A stretch of 64,000 nucleotides of DNA from Candidatus Parcubacteria bacterium (GCA_019661785.1 JAIFWP010000002.1:161869-225868), one strand, 5' to 3'. Shown: positions 16,959-30,245, counted from the first letter of the stretch. A program made the numbers and translations. The notes: generated by a model from the sequence alone, not told the origin.

Positions 16959-17498
16959 ATGAAAAACTCCACCTCACTCATCCTGCTCCTCATCTCAATC
17001 GGCCTCTTCTACACCTTCATCTCGCCGCATTACGATACAGTCGGCACCTTGCGCGCCCAGTCGGGTAAGTACGAAGACATCCTCGCGAGCGTCTCAGCCC
17101 TCACTGCCACTCGCGATGACCTCTCGGTGAAGCTCGCCAACATGCCTCCCACAGAGGTAGCCAAGCTCGAGAAGATACTTCCTGACAACGTAGACACAGT
17201 GAATCTCGCTATGACCTTTGACTCCATAGCCGCTCGCTATGGCATATCCATCAAGTCGGTACGTACCGTCGAGGTAAAGACTGATACAGGCACAGGCATC
17301 GTCCAGGCGAGCGCCAATCCGTATGAGAAGGTGACCGTATCCTTCTCCTTCGTATCTACGTATCCTAACTTCCGCAAGTTCATGGCTGACATCGAGCAGA
17401 GCCTGCGCATCATCGATGTGAAGTCGGTGACCTTCCAGGCTACGGACTCTGGCCTCTACGAGTATCAGGTCTCGGTCGACACCTATTGGCTAAAATAA
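16959..17498 (+). CDS. pilO: PilO-like type IV pilus assembly protein
   Basis: Internal ATG (MKNSTSLILLLISIGLFY...) chosen. N-terminal TM, coiled coil and C-terminal alpha/beta domain. Confidence 0.6.
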   Translation: MKNSTSLILLLISIGLFYTFISPHYDTVGTLRAQSGKYEDILASVSALTATRDDLSVKLANMPPTEVAKLEKILPDNVDTVNLAMTFDSIAARYGISIKSVRTVEVKTDTGTGIVQASANPYEKVTVSFSFVSTYPNFRKFMADIEQSLRIIDVKSVTFQATDSGLYEYQVSVDTYWLK

Positions 17499-17502
17499 CG
17501 AC

Positions 17503-17793
17503 ATGCAGTATATCCAAAAGAACAAGTCGATACTCATAGCCATAGCTCTCTTTGCTCTCGTTATCTGGGCTTATGGAGCTTTCATCAAAGGCCCTTCCAC
17601 GAGCGTAGCGACGAACCAATCCGCACAGAAGGTGGGCGGAGACGTGCTCGACCTCTACTCCTCGCTCAAGGCAGTGTCTCTCGACCAGACGCTCTTCTCA
17701 ACAGCTTTGTACAGGCACTTGCAGGACTTCTCCTCTGATATACCGCTACAGCCAGTCGGCCGCACGAACCCCTTTGACGTCATAGGCAGATAG
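17503..17793 (+). CDS. Small membrane-anchored pilus-cluster protein (96 aa)
   Basis: N-terminal TM helix; located between pilO and pilB. Confidence 0.45.
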   Translation: MQYIQKNKSILIAIALFALVIWAYGAFIKGPSTSVATNQSAQKVGGDVLDLYSSLKAVSLDQTLFSTALYRHLQDFSSDIPLQPVGRTNPFDVIGR

Positions 17794-17812
17794 AGTTTTA
17801 AATCACGAATGA

Positions 17813-19543
17813 ATGTCAATCCTCGACTTACTCAAAGATAAGAAGGTCATAAAGCCTGAGGATATTGCTGCCATAGAGGCTGAGGCGCAGGGGAGCGGCC
17901 TCTCTCTTGAGCAAGTGCTCGTCACTCGCGGCATAGCGCCGGAGACAATACTTGAGGCCAAGGGCCAAGAGCTCGACATACCAACGAGGAGCTTGAAGGA
18001 TTTGAACGTGCCGTCAAAAGTCCTCGGCTACATACCAGAGGAGTCGGCCGAGCACTATAAGGTTCTACCATTAGGGGTCAAAGACGGCGTACTTGAAGTG
18101 GGCATCGTCGACCCAGACGACATCGAGGCTCGCGATGCGCTCAACTTCATCTCGGCGAAGATAGGTATGCCGTACAAGCTCTTCCTCGTCTCGGCGGCTG
18201 ACTTTGGCAATGTCGCTACTCTATATAAGGGCATCACCGGAGAGGTGAACGAGGCTCTCTCCGAACTCGACACCGAACTCGCTGAGAAGCAGGAATCAAG
18301 AAAGAGCAAGCAGAAGGACAAGATAGACGAGGTCGAGCTTGGTCTGACTGAGACGAAGATTGTTGAGGACGCTCCGGTAACGAAGATTGTCGCCACTATC
18401 CTCTCATATGCTACCGAGGGTAACGCGTCAGATATTCATATCGAACCTCAACACGACAACATCCGCGTGCGCTTCCGAGTTGACGGTGTGCTTAATACTT
18501 CGCTTGTGCTGCCTATCAAGGTCCACTCGGCTGTGGTAGCGCGCATCAAGATACTCTCGAACATGCGCCTCGACGAGAAGAGGAAGCCTCAGGATGGCCG
18601 CTTCAGCGCGAAGATGGAGAGCCGCCGCATAGACTTCCGCGTATCGACCTTCCCAACTTACTATGGCGAGAAGGTGGTGATGCGTATCCTCGACCAAGAG
18701 AAGGGAGTTAGGAAGCTCTCTGAACTAGGCCTCTCGAAGGAGAACCTGGCTCTCATCCTCGACGCCATCAAGCGCCCTTACGGGCTCATCCTTATATCCG
18801 GCCCGACAGGCTCCGGCAAGTCGACCACTCTCTACTCCATGCTTAACGAGGTCGACAAAGACCACAGTAACGTGCTCTCTCTCGAGGATCCGGTGGAGTA
18901 CAACATGGCCGGCGTGAGCCAGTCGCAAGTCCAGCCGGAAATCGACTACACCTTTGCCACAGGACTTCGTACGACCTTGCGCCAAGACCCAGACATCATC
19001 ATGGTCGGTGAGATACGAGACAAGGAGACGGCTCAGCTCGCCATACAAGCGGCGCTTACCGGACACTTGGTGCTCTCGACCATACACACGAACAACGCTC
19101 TCGGCGTTATCCCGCGCCTCATTGACATGGGCGTCGACCCTTACCTCATAGCTCCGACTCTCATACTCGCCATGGCTCAGCGCTTGGTGAAGACTCTCTG
19201 CGAGGGCGGCGGCAAGGCCATCCCGGTCGAGGACTCTATCAAGCTCATGCTCGACAAGCAGTTTGCCGACTTGCCGCCGGAGTTCAAGAAGTCGATACCC
19301 TTCGGCAAGGAGGTCTACGAGCCGTCACCAACTGCTACCTGTCTCTCCGGTGTCGCTGGACGCACTGCAGTTATGGAAGTGCTCGCCATGGACAAGGATA
19401 TTGAGCAAGTGATACTCAAGAATCCGACCGAGCCTGAGCTCATGAAGATAGCTCGCGCCAAGGGCATGCTCACTATGAAGGAGGACGCTATCTTGAAGGC
19501 CTTCCAGAAGGTCATTCCATTCGCTGAGGTAAATACGCTATAA
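17813..19543 (+). CDS. pilB: Type IV pilus assembly ATPase PilB (GspE family)
   Basis: N-terminal GSPII-E domain; Walker A GPTGSGKSTTLY; Asp and His boxes. Confidence 0.9.
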   Translation: MSILDLLKDKKVIKPEDIAAIEAEAQGSGLSLEQVLVTRGIAPETILEAKGQELDIPTRSLKDLNVPSKVLGYIPEESAEHYKVLPLGVKDGVLEVGIVDPDDIEARDALNFISAKIGMPYKLFLVSAADFGNVATLYKGITGEVNEALSELDTELAEKQESRKSKQKDKIDEVELGLTETKIVEDAPVTKIVATILSYATEGNASDIHIEPQHDNIRVRFRVDGVLNTSLVLPIKVHSAVVARIKILSNMRLDEKRKPQDGRFSAKMESRRIDFRVSTFPTYYGEKVVMRILDQEKGVRKLSELGLSKENLALILDAIKRPYGLILISGPTGSGKSTTLYSMLNEVDKDHSNVLSLEDPVEYNMAGVSQSQVQPEIDYTFATGLRTTLRQDPDIIMVGEIRDKETAQLAIQAALTGHLVLSTIHTNNALGVIPRLIDMGVDPYLIAPTLILAMAQRLVKTLCEGGGKAIPVEDSIKLMLDKQFADLPPEFKKSIPFGKEVYEPSPTATCLSGVAGRTAVMEVLAMDKDIEQVILKNPTEPELMKIARAKGMLTMKEDAILKAFQKVIPFAEVNTL

Positions 19544-19550
19544 TACTCAT

Positions 19551-19940
19551 ATGAAGAAGGCCTACACAGTGCTCCTAGTAGACGATGACAAATTCCTCCT
19601 GGAGATGTATCAGAAGAAGTTCGACAAGTACGGCATCAAGGCCGAGATGTGTGTTGGTCCAGAAGAAGCTCTAGGCAAGCTCCGTGGAGGCGCCATCTAC
19701 GACATACTCGTCTTCGACATCATCATGCCCAGCATGGACGGCATTGAACTCCTAAGGACCGTGAAGAAAGAGAAGCTCTCTCCCCAGGCCATAGTAGTCA
19801 TGCTCACGAACGAGAGCGGCTCCGAGAGGATAGAAGAGGCCAAGACTCTCGGCGCAGCGGGATACATAGTCAAGGCAACCTCCATACCTTCGGAGGTGGT
19901 CGAGGAGATTATCAAGATTGCCGACGCTAACGCTAAGTAG
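19551..19940 (+). CDS. Single-domain response regulator (CheY-like receiver)
   Basis: LLVDDD...DILVFDIIMPSMDG...AAGYIVK. Confidence 0.8.
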   Translation: MKKAYTVLLVDDDKFLLEMYQKKFDKYGIKAEMCVGPEEALGKLRGGAIYDILVFDIIMPSMDGIELLRTVKKEKLSPQAIVVMLTNESGSERIEEAKTLGAAGYIVKATSIPSEVVEEIIKIADANAK

Positions 19941-19951
19941 GATATTTATAC

Positions 19952-21013
19952 ATGGGAGCTGCGACCTTACTCGACGAACTCGTCGACATAGTCATGAAGG
20001 AGAGCGCGTCCGACCTGCATCTGGCCGAGGGTCGGCATCCTATCATCCGCGTTTCGGGCTTTCTCATACCGCTTGAGAAGTATGCTCCGCTCACAGCCGA
20101 GGACATTAAAGGCTTCTTTGCGCTTTTCTTGCCGCCAGAGAGCCAGCAAGAGTTCCTGAAGAAGAAAGAGTCCAACTTCGCCTACGCGCACAAGTCTGGT
20201 TCGCGCTTCCGCGGGAACCTCTTCGAGTCCATTGGCCGCAGGGCCATAGCGCTTCGTCTCATACCGACCCGCATTAAGACCTTCGAGGAGCTTAACCTTC
20301 CTCCAGTCCTGGCTGAGTTCTCAGGCCGCCAACAGGGCTTCTTCCTCGTAGTGGGTCCGGCCGGACAGGGCAAGTCTACGACTCTGGCCTCCATGATAGA
20401 GCTCATAAACCAAGAGAGACTAGAGCACATCATCACCATCGAGGACCCAATAGAGTTTCTCTTCACGCCGGCTAAATCCATCATCGACCAGCGCGAGGTG
20501 AAGACCGATACACCCGACTTCCATACCGCACTCTGGGGAGTCTTCCGCCAAGATGCGGATGTTATCATGGTAGGGGAGATGCGCGAGCCCGACACTGTGG
20601 CTGCGGCAGTGACGGCGGCCGAGACGGGACACCTTGTGCTCTCGACTCTCCACACCAACACGGCGGCTCAGACGGTGGACCGCATCATTGACTCTTTCCC
20701 AGCTGAGAGCCAGGAGCAGATACGCATACAGCTATCGAGCTCGCTTATAGGCATCTTCTCCCAGCGGTTGGTGCCGAGAGTGAAGGGGGGCCTCATCCCG
20801 GCCTACGAGCTACTCTTGAACAACAACGCCGTGGCAAACCTCATAAGAGAGAAGCGCACTCACGAGTTGAACGCCGTCATAGAGACCTCGAGCGAAGCTG
20901 GGATGATAGACTTCAACCGCTCGCTTGCGGAGCTAGTGAGGAAGGGGGAGATAACTCCGGAGAACGCTACCCAGTACTCGACCAACCCCCGCGCGCTCGA
21001 ACGCATGATATAA
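19952..21013 (+). CDS. pilT: Twitching-motility ATPase PilT
   Basis: GPAGQGKSTTLASM Walker A; PilT length. Confidence 0.9.
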   Translation: MGAATLLDELVDIVMKESASDLHLAEGRHPIIRVSGFLIPLEKYAPLTAEDIKGFFALFLPPESQQEFLKKKESNFAYAHKSGSRFRGNLFESIGRRAIALRLIPTRIKTFEELNLPPVLAEFSGRQQGFFLVVGPAGQGKSTTLASMIELINQERLEHIITIEDPIEFLFTPAKSIIDQREVKTDTPDFHTALWGVFRQDADVIMVGEMREPDTVAAAVTAAETGHLVLSTLHTNTAAQTVDRIIDSFPAESQEQIRIQLSSSLIGIFSQRLVPRVKGGLIPAYELLLNNNAVANLIREKRTHELNAVIETSSEAGMIDFNRSLAELVRKGEITPENATQYSTNPRALERMI

Positions 21014-21025
21014 ATATAAGTACCA

Positions 21026-22234
21026 ATGCTCTATAAATACAAAGCCCTTGAACAGTCTGGAGCCGAAAAGGCGGGTTCCATAGAAGCCGTATCTCTCGAG
21101 GTAGCCATCGATAGTCTGCAGAAGCGCGGTCTTATCATAGCTAACATAGACTCGGCCGATAAGGAGTCGTGGCTTTCACAGTTCTCCTTAGGACAGAAGG
21201 TTTCGACCAAGGACATAGTTATCCTCTCCCGCCAGATTGCCACTCTCTTCAACGCCTCGGTCTCGGCACTAAAAATCTTCTCCCTCCTTGCGGCCGAGGT
21301 GGAGAACAAGCACCTGAGGCGCTCAATGTCGGAGATTACCGACGACATCCAAGCTGGCAGCAGCATCTCTAAGGCTATGAGCAAGCACCCAGACGTCTTC
21401 TCTGAGTTCTATGTGAACATGGTCAAGTCCGGAGAGGAGACAGGGAAGCTCAATGAAACCTTCGAGTATCTCGCCGACTATCTAGATAGGAACTACGAGG
21501 TCGTCTCGAAGGCCAAGAACGCGCTCATATACCCCGCCTTCGTCGTCGGAGTCTTCGTTGCCGTGATGATACTCATGTTCACCGTCATCATCCCGAAGAT
21601 ATCCGTCATTCTCCTCGACTCCGGGCAGCCGATACCTTTCTATACAGCTATTGTCTTTGGCTTCTCTAACTTCCTTATCTCGTACGGCATCATCCTGCTC
21701 GCTGCGCTCGTGGTCTTAGGCTTCCTCTTGGCGAGATTTCTCAACACCGACGAAGGACGCACAGCCTTTGCCCATTTTAGGCTCGAGGTACCTTACATCG
21801 GCGGCCTCTACAGGAAGCTCTATCTCTCGGTCATCTCTGACAATCTTTCGACCATGATACTCTCGGGCATACCGATGGTCCGCGCTCTCGAGGTTACGGC
21901 AAGCGTGGTGGGGAATGATGTTTATGAGACCATCGTGAGCGACAGCGTGGCCGCGGTCAAGGGCGGCAGCGCTCTCTCTCAGTCGCTCTCTCAATACGAG
22001 GAGATACCAGCCATGCTCATACAGATGATAAAGGTCGGCGAGGAGACAGGCGAGCTCGGAGACATCCTTAAGACCATGGCCCACTTCTACCAGCGCGAGG
22101 TGGTGAACGCCGTGGACACCCTGGTGGGCCTCATAGAGCCAGTTATGATAGTGCTCCTCGGCCTCGGAGTCGGTACTTTGCTCGCCTCGGTGCTTATCCC
22201 CATCTATAACATAGCTAACTCGGCTGGTGTATAA
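21026..22234 (+). CDS. pilC: Type IV pilus platform protein PilC (GspF family)
   Basis: Two GspF repeats and three TM segments. Confidence 0.85.
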   Translation: MLYKYKALEQSGAEKAGSIEAVSLEVAIDSLQKRGLIIANIDSADKESWLSQFSLGQKVSTKDIVILSRQIATLFNASVSALKIFSLLAAEVENKHLRRSMSEITDDIQAGSSISKAMSKHPDVFSEFYVNMVKSGEETGKLNETFEYLADYLDRNYEVVSKAKNALIYPAFVVGVFVAVMILMFTVIIPKISVILLDSGQPIPFYTAIVFGFSNFLISYGIILLAALVVLGFLLARFLNTDEGRTAFAHFRLEVPYIGGLYRKLYLSVISDNLSTMILSGIPMVRALEVTASVVGNDVYETIVSDSVAAVKGGSALSQSLSQYEEIPAMLIQMIKVGEETGELGDILKTMAHFYQREVVNAVDTLVGLIEPVMIVLLGLGVGTLLASVLIPIYNIANSAGV

Positions 22235-22241
22235 TAATCCT

Positions 22242-22676
22242 ATGAAGAAATACACCCGCGGCTTCACCTTGATTGAGCTCCTAGTCGTTATCGCTATCAT
22301 CGGTATCTTGTCTTCGGTCGTGCTTGCTTCGCTCAACTCTGCTAGAGGCAAGGGCAATGATGCTAAGACTAAGGCCCAGCTCTCCGGACTTCGTGCAGCT
22401 GCCGAGATATATTACGACGACCACGGCGACTACAGCTCGTCAGCATCTTGTGGCGCAGGCATGTTTGCCGATGCCAACTCCGGCATGAGCGCCTACACTA
22501 CCTCGTCTAACTATCCCGCTAACACTAACTTGAAGTGCAATGCTAGTGGCACTGCTTATGCCGTCTCTGGAGCTTTGACTGGTACAGCTGGCAAGTTCTG
22601 GTGTGTTGACTCGACTGGCGCCTCAAGACAGGTGAGCTCTGACCCAGGTGCAGTGACGGTTTGCCCAGCATCGTAA
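22242..22676 (+). CDS. pilA: Type IV major pilin (prepilin N-terminal methylation domain)
   Basis: MKKYTRGFTLIELLVVIAIIGIL leader and hydrophobic helix. Confidence 0.85.
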   Translation: MKKYTRGFTLIELLVVIAIIGILSSVVLASLNSARGKGNDAKTKAQLSGLRAAAEIYYDDHGDYSSSASCGAGMFADANSGMSAYTTSSNYPANTNLKCNASGTAYAVSGALTGTAGKFWCVDSTGASRQVSSDPGAVTVCPAS

Positions 22677-23398
22677 TTTTTCTCATACGTTTCGTATTCG
22701 GGGCTATTATAGGCAGCTTTCTTAATGTCGTAGGACTCCGATATCGCTCGGGACTCACGCTCGGCGGACGCTCGGCTTGCGCATCATGCGCGAGGACCCT
22801 TAAGTGGTATGAGCTAGTGCCCATATGGAGCTACTTCGCTCTGCGCGGCAGATGCAGTACATGCAAGGTGAGGATATCTTGGCTCTACCCGGGCATGGAG
22901 ATACTCACTGGGCTCATATTTGCCACGGTGCTTCCAGGCTACTGGCCCGCCTTTGCCATATATGTAGTCATTTTCATCTATGACCTTAGGCACAAGATTA
23001 TCCCCGACAGCTTGGTCTATGCATCTATAGGCTATGCGCTCGTTGTAAGACTTCTCTTCTTCCACTCCTCCCTCGCCGACTGGCTTGCGGGCCCGGTCCT
23101 CTTTGCTCTCTTCGCCCTGGGGTGGCTCCTCTCGCGGGGAAGAGCGCTAGGATTTGGCGATGCCAAGCTCGCTCTATCGATAGGGCTCTTGCTCGGCGCC
23201 TCCATGGGACTATCGGCCATAGTGCTCTCCTTCTGGATAGGCACGGCTATTACGCTCCCGGTCATGTTCTTCTCCATGTTTTTTTCGCAAAAAAAGCTTA
23301 CAATGAAGTCTGAGATACCCTTTGCCCCATTCATCATCTTGGGCGCTTGGGGCAGTCTACTTTTCCATCTTGATCTCTTTCATCTCACATCGTTTTAA
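22661..23398 (+). CDS. pilD: Prepilin peptidase PilD (A24 family)
   Basis: N-terminal CxxC...CxxC zinc-binding region and eight TM segments; TTG start as in the track. Confidence 0.8.
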   Translation: MPSIVIFLIRFVFGAIIGSFLNVVGLRYRSGLTLGGRSACASCARTLKWYELVPIWSYFALRGRCSTCKVRISWLYPGMEILTGLIFATVLPGYWPAFAIYVVIFIYDLRHKIIPDSLVYASIGYALVVRLLFFHSSLADWLAGPVLFALFALGWLLSRGRALGFGDAKLALSIGLLLGASMGLSAIVLSFWIGTAITLPVMFFSMFFSQKKLTMKSEIPFAPFIILGAWGSLLFHLDLFHLTSF

Positions 23399-24023
23399 AA
23401 GATTTTTCGCTTCGCGCCGAGGATTTACCATCGTCGAGCTCATGGTCTCGGTCGGCATCATGGTGACCCTCTCAGGCCTCATCGCCTTCAACCAGTCGCA
23501 CTACACCTCAGGCGCTGAACTAAGGAACTTGGCCAACGACCTCTCGCTCTCGCTCCGCCAGGCTCAGGTCTATGGCATCTCGGTCAAGGAAGTCTCGCCT
23601 GGGTCAAATATCTTCAATGTCGGCTATGGGGTCGAGTTCAACATAACGAGCAACGGGAGCAATAGCTCTTATATCTTCTTCGCCGACAGAGGGGTGAAGA
23701 ACAGACTATACGACGATGGCTGGTCTTGCCCTATCGGAAGCGGTCTGGAGTGTCTCGACAAGGTAAGCATCTCCGGGGGCAACTATATAGAGTCACTTTG
23801 CGCCATAAGCGCTGGCGGAGCTAAGGTCTGCGGTTCTAGCAGGCTCGACATCACCTTCGTCCGTCCGGCGACGGAAGCGCATATAATATTTGACGGGGAT
23901 GCGGCAGGCTCGGCTGGATTAAGCGGAGCTTGCATCAAACTCACCTCGACCGAGGGTAAGTCGCACTGGGTGTCCGTCTTCGTGACGGGCCAGATATCGG
24001 TCGATAGCCCCGCCTGCATATGA
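23322..24023 (+). CDS. Minor pilin / pseudopilin (start uncertain; may be an internal TTG)
   Basis: RRGFTIVELMVSVGIMV prepilin motif. Confidence 0.7.
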   Translation: MPHSSSWALGAVYFSILISFISHRFKRFFASRRGFTIVELMVSVGIMVTLSGLIAFNQSHYTSGAELRNLANDLSLSLRQAQVYGISVKEVSPGSNIFNVGYGVEFNITSNGSNSSYIFFADRGVKNRLYDDGWSCPIGSGLECLDKVSISGGNYIESLCAISAGGAKVCGSSRLDITFVRPATEAHIIFDGDAAGSAGLSGACIKLTSTEGKSHWVSVFVTGQISVDSPACI

Positions 24024-24580
24024 CACACACGAAAGGCTTCACTCTTATAGAGATTATGACCTCGGTGGCGGTCTTTGCTGTGGTTATGGTCATATCCATG
24101 GGCTCTATTCTCTCCGTGCTCCAGGCCAACAGGAAGTCCGAGTCCTTGAAGACCGTCATGGATAACCTGAACCTATCTGTGGAGAGCATGTCGCGCGAAA
24201 TGCGCTTTGGCATGAACTACAATGGCGGCCTTGTGGGCGACATATACTCTCCGCATAATTGCTCTGATGGATGCGACACAGTGGCCTTCCTCGCTAACGA
24301 CAGGCGTACAGAGATAGTCTATCGCTCCCTCTCTGGCTCGGGGAAAATAGAGAAGTCGACCGATGCTGGCACGACGTATGTGCCGGTGACCGCGCCGGAG
24401 ATAACCATAGAGGACTTGAAGTTCTATGTTTTAGGAGCCCTGCCATCCGCGCAAGAGTCTACTCCTCTCCAGCCGAAGATACTGATAAAGATTAAGGGCT
24501 CGGCTGGCACCAAAGCGAGTGAGAAAACGAACTTCACTGTGGAGACCTTGGTCTCGCAGCGCGTCCTAGACAACCAATGA
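24020..24580 (+). CDS. Minor pilin / pseudopilin
   Basis: MTHTKGFTLIEIMTSVAVFAVV. Confidence 0.75.
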   Translation: MTHTKGFTLIEIMTSVAVFAVVMVISMGSILSVLQANRKSESLKTVMDNLNLSVESMSREMRFGMNYNGGLVGDIYSPHNCSDGCDTVAFLANDRRTEIVYRSLSGSGKIEKSTDAGTTYVPVTAPEITIEDLKFYVLGALPSAQESTPLQPKILIKIKGSAGTKASEKTNFTVETLVSQRVLDNQ

Positions 24581-25117
24581 GTAAAATGACCAAAGCCAGA
24601 AAAATAAACAGAGGCTTCACTCTCATAGAGACTCTCATAGCCATATCCATCCTTGTCATGGCCGTGACAGGAGCCTTTGCCGCAGCGCAGAACGGCATAT
24701 CCTCGGCCACCTTCTCGAAGGACCAGATAGTGGCCTTCTATCTCGCTGAGGAGGGGATAGAAGAGATACGCAACCTAAGGGACCAGAACGGTCTCGCCGG
24801 AGTCGGGTGGCTCGCGGGTATAGCTTCGTCGGGCAGCGACCCATGCTACTTCGGCAGTGTCTGTATGGTCGACGCGGTCTCGAGCACAGATGTCATATCT
24901 AAGTGCGGCCTCGAAGCAGGCTCATGCCCTGTTCTCAAACAAGACCCTGATACAGGCTTCTTTGGCTATGACTCTGACTGGGATAACTCGCCCTTCCGCC
25001 GCGAGGTACAAATCGCCGAGGTCACGCCGGGCAACACACACGAGGTCACTATTATAGTCACTGTCACCTGGTCGAAGGGACTGCTTCAGAGACAGTTCAG
25101 AGCGAAGGAGAATATAT

Positions 25118-25131
<14 letters not shown>
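24577..25131 (+). CDS. Minor pilin / pseudopilin
   Basis: RGFTLIETLIAISILVMAV. Confidence 0.75.
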
Positions 25132-27635
<2,504 letters not shown>

Positions 27636-27639
27636 CCAT

Positions 27640-27924
27640 ATGAATAAGGAGGAAGTCTTGAAATTGGCCAAATTGGCTAGGGTTGGGATAGGCGAGGATG
27701 AAGCAGACAAGCTCTCACACGAGTTCGATGCGATTTTGAAGTATGTGGGCGAGATAAAAGGAGCACAAATGACCAATGACCAAATCCCAAACTCCAAACC
27801 AGATTTAAGGAACATAATGAGGGAAGACTCTAACCCCCATGAGGCTGGTATATACACCGAAGCTATTTTGAGCCAGGCGCCACAGAGAGAAGGCAACTTC
27901 CTAAAGGTAAAGAAGATACTCTAA
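27640..27924 (+). CDS. gatC: Glu/Asp-tRNA amidotransferase subunit C
   Basis: 94 aa with the GatC pattern. Confidence 0.8.
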   Translation: MNKEEVLKLAKLARVGIGEDEADKLSHEFDAILKYVGEIKGAQMTNDQIPNSKPDLRNIMREDSNPHEAGIYTEAILSQAPQREGNFLKVKKIL

Positions 27925-29348
27925 TGATAGACATTTCTAAATTAACAATAGTCTCTGCGAGGGAAGCTCTGAAGAAGGGTGAGTTCACCTCGCGCGAGCT
28001 TACCCAGGCTTGCATTGATGCTATTAAATCTAAAGACGGAGAGATTCATGCCTTCCTCGAAGTCTTCAGCAATGCTCTGGCTCAAGCCGACGAAGCCGAT
28101 AAGCAGATTAAGAACGGGGTGGACCTACCCCTCCTCGGCATACCTGTAGCACTCAAGGACAATATCTTGGTTAAGGGGGAGAAGGCGAGCGCTGGGTCGA
28201 AGATACTGGAGAACTTCATTGCTCCATACGACTCCACTGCTACACAGAAGCTGCAGCAGGCAGGGGCAGTCATCGTCGGCCGTACCAACTGCGACGAGTT
28301 TGCCATGGGCTCCTCTACAGAGAATAGCGCTTATGGTCCGACTAAGAATCCTTTAGATACCTCTCGCGTTCCTGGAGGCTCATCTGGCGGCTCGGCCGCT
28401 GCGGTTGCTGCTGGGTTTGTGATTGCCGCGCTTGGCTCGGACACAGGAGGCTCTATCCGTCAGCCAGCAGCCTTCTGCGGTATCGTTGGCATGAAGCCGA
28501 CTTATGGTCGCGTGTCGCGCAATGGCCTCATAGCTATGGCGAGCTCTCTAGACCAGATAGGACCTTTCACCAAAACGGCCGAGGATGCAGAGATTATATA
28601 TAACGTAATAAAAGGTCAGGATAGAATGGATTCCACTACGCTCGATGGGAAGACTTTTCCTGCTCACGGTCATGAGGGAAATTCGCGAGAAAAGTCTTCC
28701 CATCTCACTATTGGGGTACCACGCAGCTTCTTCGAATCCTCACTCGACAAGGCAGTGCTAGAGAATTTCAACCAAGCGGTAAAGAAGTTCGAGTCTCTTG
28801 GATATAAGACTAAGGATATCGAGCTCCCGACTCTCAAGTACTCGCTTGCCGTGTACTACATCCTTATGCCAGCCGAAGTGTCCTCGAACCTGGCCCGCTT
28901 TGACGGAGTGAAGTATGGACTCCATGTCGACGGAGTTAACTCCATCGATGATTACTTTAAGACTAGGGGAGAGGGCTTCGGTCCCGAGACTCGCCGACGT
29001 GTCATCCTCGGCACATATGTGCTCTCCTCAGGCTACTATGACGCCTATTACGGAACCGCAGTGAATATGAAGGCTGCTATCACTAAGGAACTCCGTGAGG
29101 CTTTCAAGGACGTTGACCTCATCCTCACGCCCACGACTCCAACTCCGGCATGGAAGTTCGGTGAGAAGTCAGACCCACTCTCCATGTACCTCGCGGATAT
29201 CTTCACTGTGCCGGCAAACATCTCTGGCTGCCCTTCGATGTCCTTGCCTAGCGGCGAGGTAGATGGCTTGCCGCTCGGAGCGCTACTCACCGCGGACTTG
29301 GGCAATGAGACTGCGCTCTTTGAAGCGGGAAAATCTTTTCAGGGTTAA
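27924..29348 (+). CDS. gatA: Glu/Asp-tRNA amidotransferase subunit A
   Basis: Amidase signature GGSSGGSAAAVAAG. Confidence 0.9.
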   Translation: MIDISKLTIVSAREALKKGEFTSRELTQACIDAIKSKDGEIHAFLEVFSNALAQADEADKQIKNGVDLPLLGIPVALKDNILVKGEKASAGSKILENFIAPYDSTATQKLQQAGAVIVGRTNCDEFAMGSSTENSAYGPTKNPLDTSRVPGGSSGGSAAAVAAGFVIAALGSDTGGSIRQPAAFCGIVGMKPTYGRVSRNGLIAMASSLDQIGPFTKTAEDAEIIYNVIKGQDRMDSTTLDGKTFPAHGHEGNSREKSSHLTIGVPRSFFESSLDKAVLENFNQAVKKFESLGYKTKDIELPTLKYSLAVYYILMPAEVSSNLARFDGVKYGLHVDGVNSIDDYFKTRGEGFGPETRRRVILGTYVLSSGYYDAYYGTAVNMKAAITKELREAFKDVDLILTPTTPTPAWKFGEKSDPLSMYLADIFTVPANISGCPSMSLPSGEVDGLPLGALLTADLGNETALFEAGKSFQG

Positions 29349-29357
29349 GATATATAC

Positions 29358-29993
29358 ATGCCTCCAAGGAAAGAAGAACCGAAGAAGGACCATTTCGTCG
29401 AGTGGGGATTCGTCCTCCTCGTCATCGGCATCCTCATCCTCCTCTGGTCATACATCCTGCGCTCCTTCTATGTCGTGAGCTTGTGGAATGCCATTGTCTA
29501 CTGGTTCCTCCACTTTATATGGCCAATACTCGTGGTGCTCTCTATCATCCTTGCTGTACTCGCGATACTAGGCACTATTTACAACATCCGTCGATTGAAC
29601 GCCATCCTGGAGGAGGAGAAGAAGATATACGGTCCACTCCCTGACGAGGAGCCGCTGCCTGCCGAGCCTGTAGTAGAGAAGAACGACAAATGGGAGCGGG
29701 TCATGGCTCATGCCAACTCCGCCAATGCCTCTGATTGGCGACAAGCTATCATCGAGGCTGATGTCATGCTTGGCGAGATATTGCGCACTGAGGGATACCA
29801 CGGCGACTCTGTCGGAGAGATGCTCCGAGGGGTGGATCGTATCGAACTCCTCTCCCTAGACGCTGCTTGGGAGGCGCACAAAGTGCGCAATGAGATAGCC
29901 CATGCTGGCGGCGATTATGAATTGAACGAACGCAACACAAGGCGCGTCATCCTCCTCTACGAAAGCGTATTCAAGGAACTGAAGGTTATCTAG
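29358..29993 (+). CDS. Membrane hypothetical protein (two TM plus a C-terminal soluble domain)
   Basis: ORF only. Confidence 0.5.
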   Translation: MPPRKEEPKKDHFVEWGFVLLVIGILILLWSYILRSFYVVSLWNAIVYWFLHFIWPILVVLSIILAVLAILGTIYNIRRLNAILEEEKKIYGPLPDEEPLPAEPVVEKNDKWERVMAHANSANASDWRQAIIEADVMLGEILRTEGYHGDSVGEMLRGVDRIELLSLDAAWEAHKVRNEIAHAGGDYELNERNTRRVILLYESVFKELKVI

Positions 29994-30148
29994 TCTATCC
30001 ACCTATATCATTGTTGCGGGTGCCCGATTTGCACGGACGCCTACAGGTTATGAGCCTGTCGAGGTACTGCTCCTCCAACCCGCTAAGACAGGTATTATAA
30101 CGTACAGGACTGACAAAATCAACGAAAAATAGTATAGTGTTTCCCATC

Positions 30149-30221
30149 GTCGGGGTAGCTCAGTCGGTAGAGCACAGGACTCATAAGCCTGGGGTCGTGG
30201 GTTCGATCCCCACCTCCGACA
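30149..30221 (+). tRNA. tRNA-Met(CAU), elongator-type or Ile2-type
   Basis: G1-C72 acceptor, anticodon loop CTCATAA, canonical T-arm GTGGG-TTCGATC-CCCAC. The antisense translation shows the classic GSNPRP tRNA artefact. Confidence 0.8.
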
Positions 30222-30245
30222 CCTGCCCCGATGGGGGAAAATAAT

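Noticed and set aside
18055-19515. Several antisense ORFs inside pilB, pilT and pilC (for example 18055..18396 and 20182..20661)
   Set aside because: They are embedded antisense in high-confidence ATPase and platform genes and are typical GC-rich antisense artefacts.
30036-30066. Inverted partial match to the tRNA-Met anticodon arm (CAGGTTATGAGCCTG) about 100 nt upstream of the tRNA
   Set aside because: Only about 15 nt of similarity. No full cloverleaf could be folded on either strand, so it is probably chance or too degraded to call.
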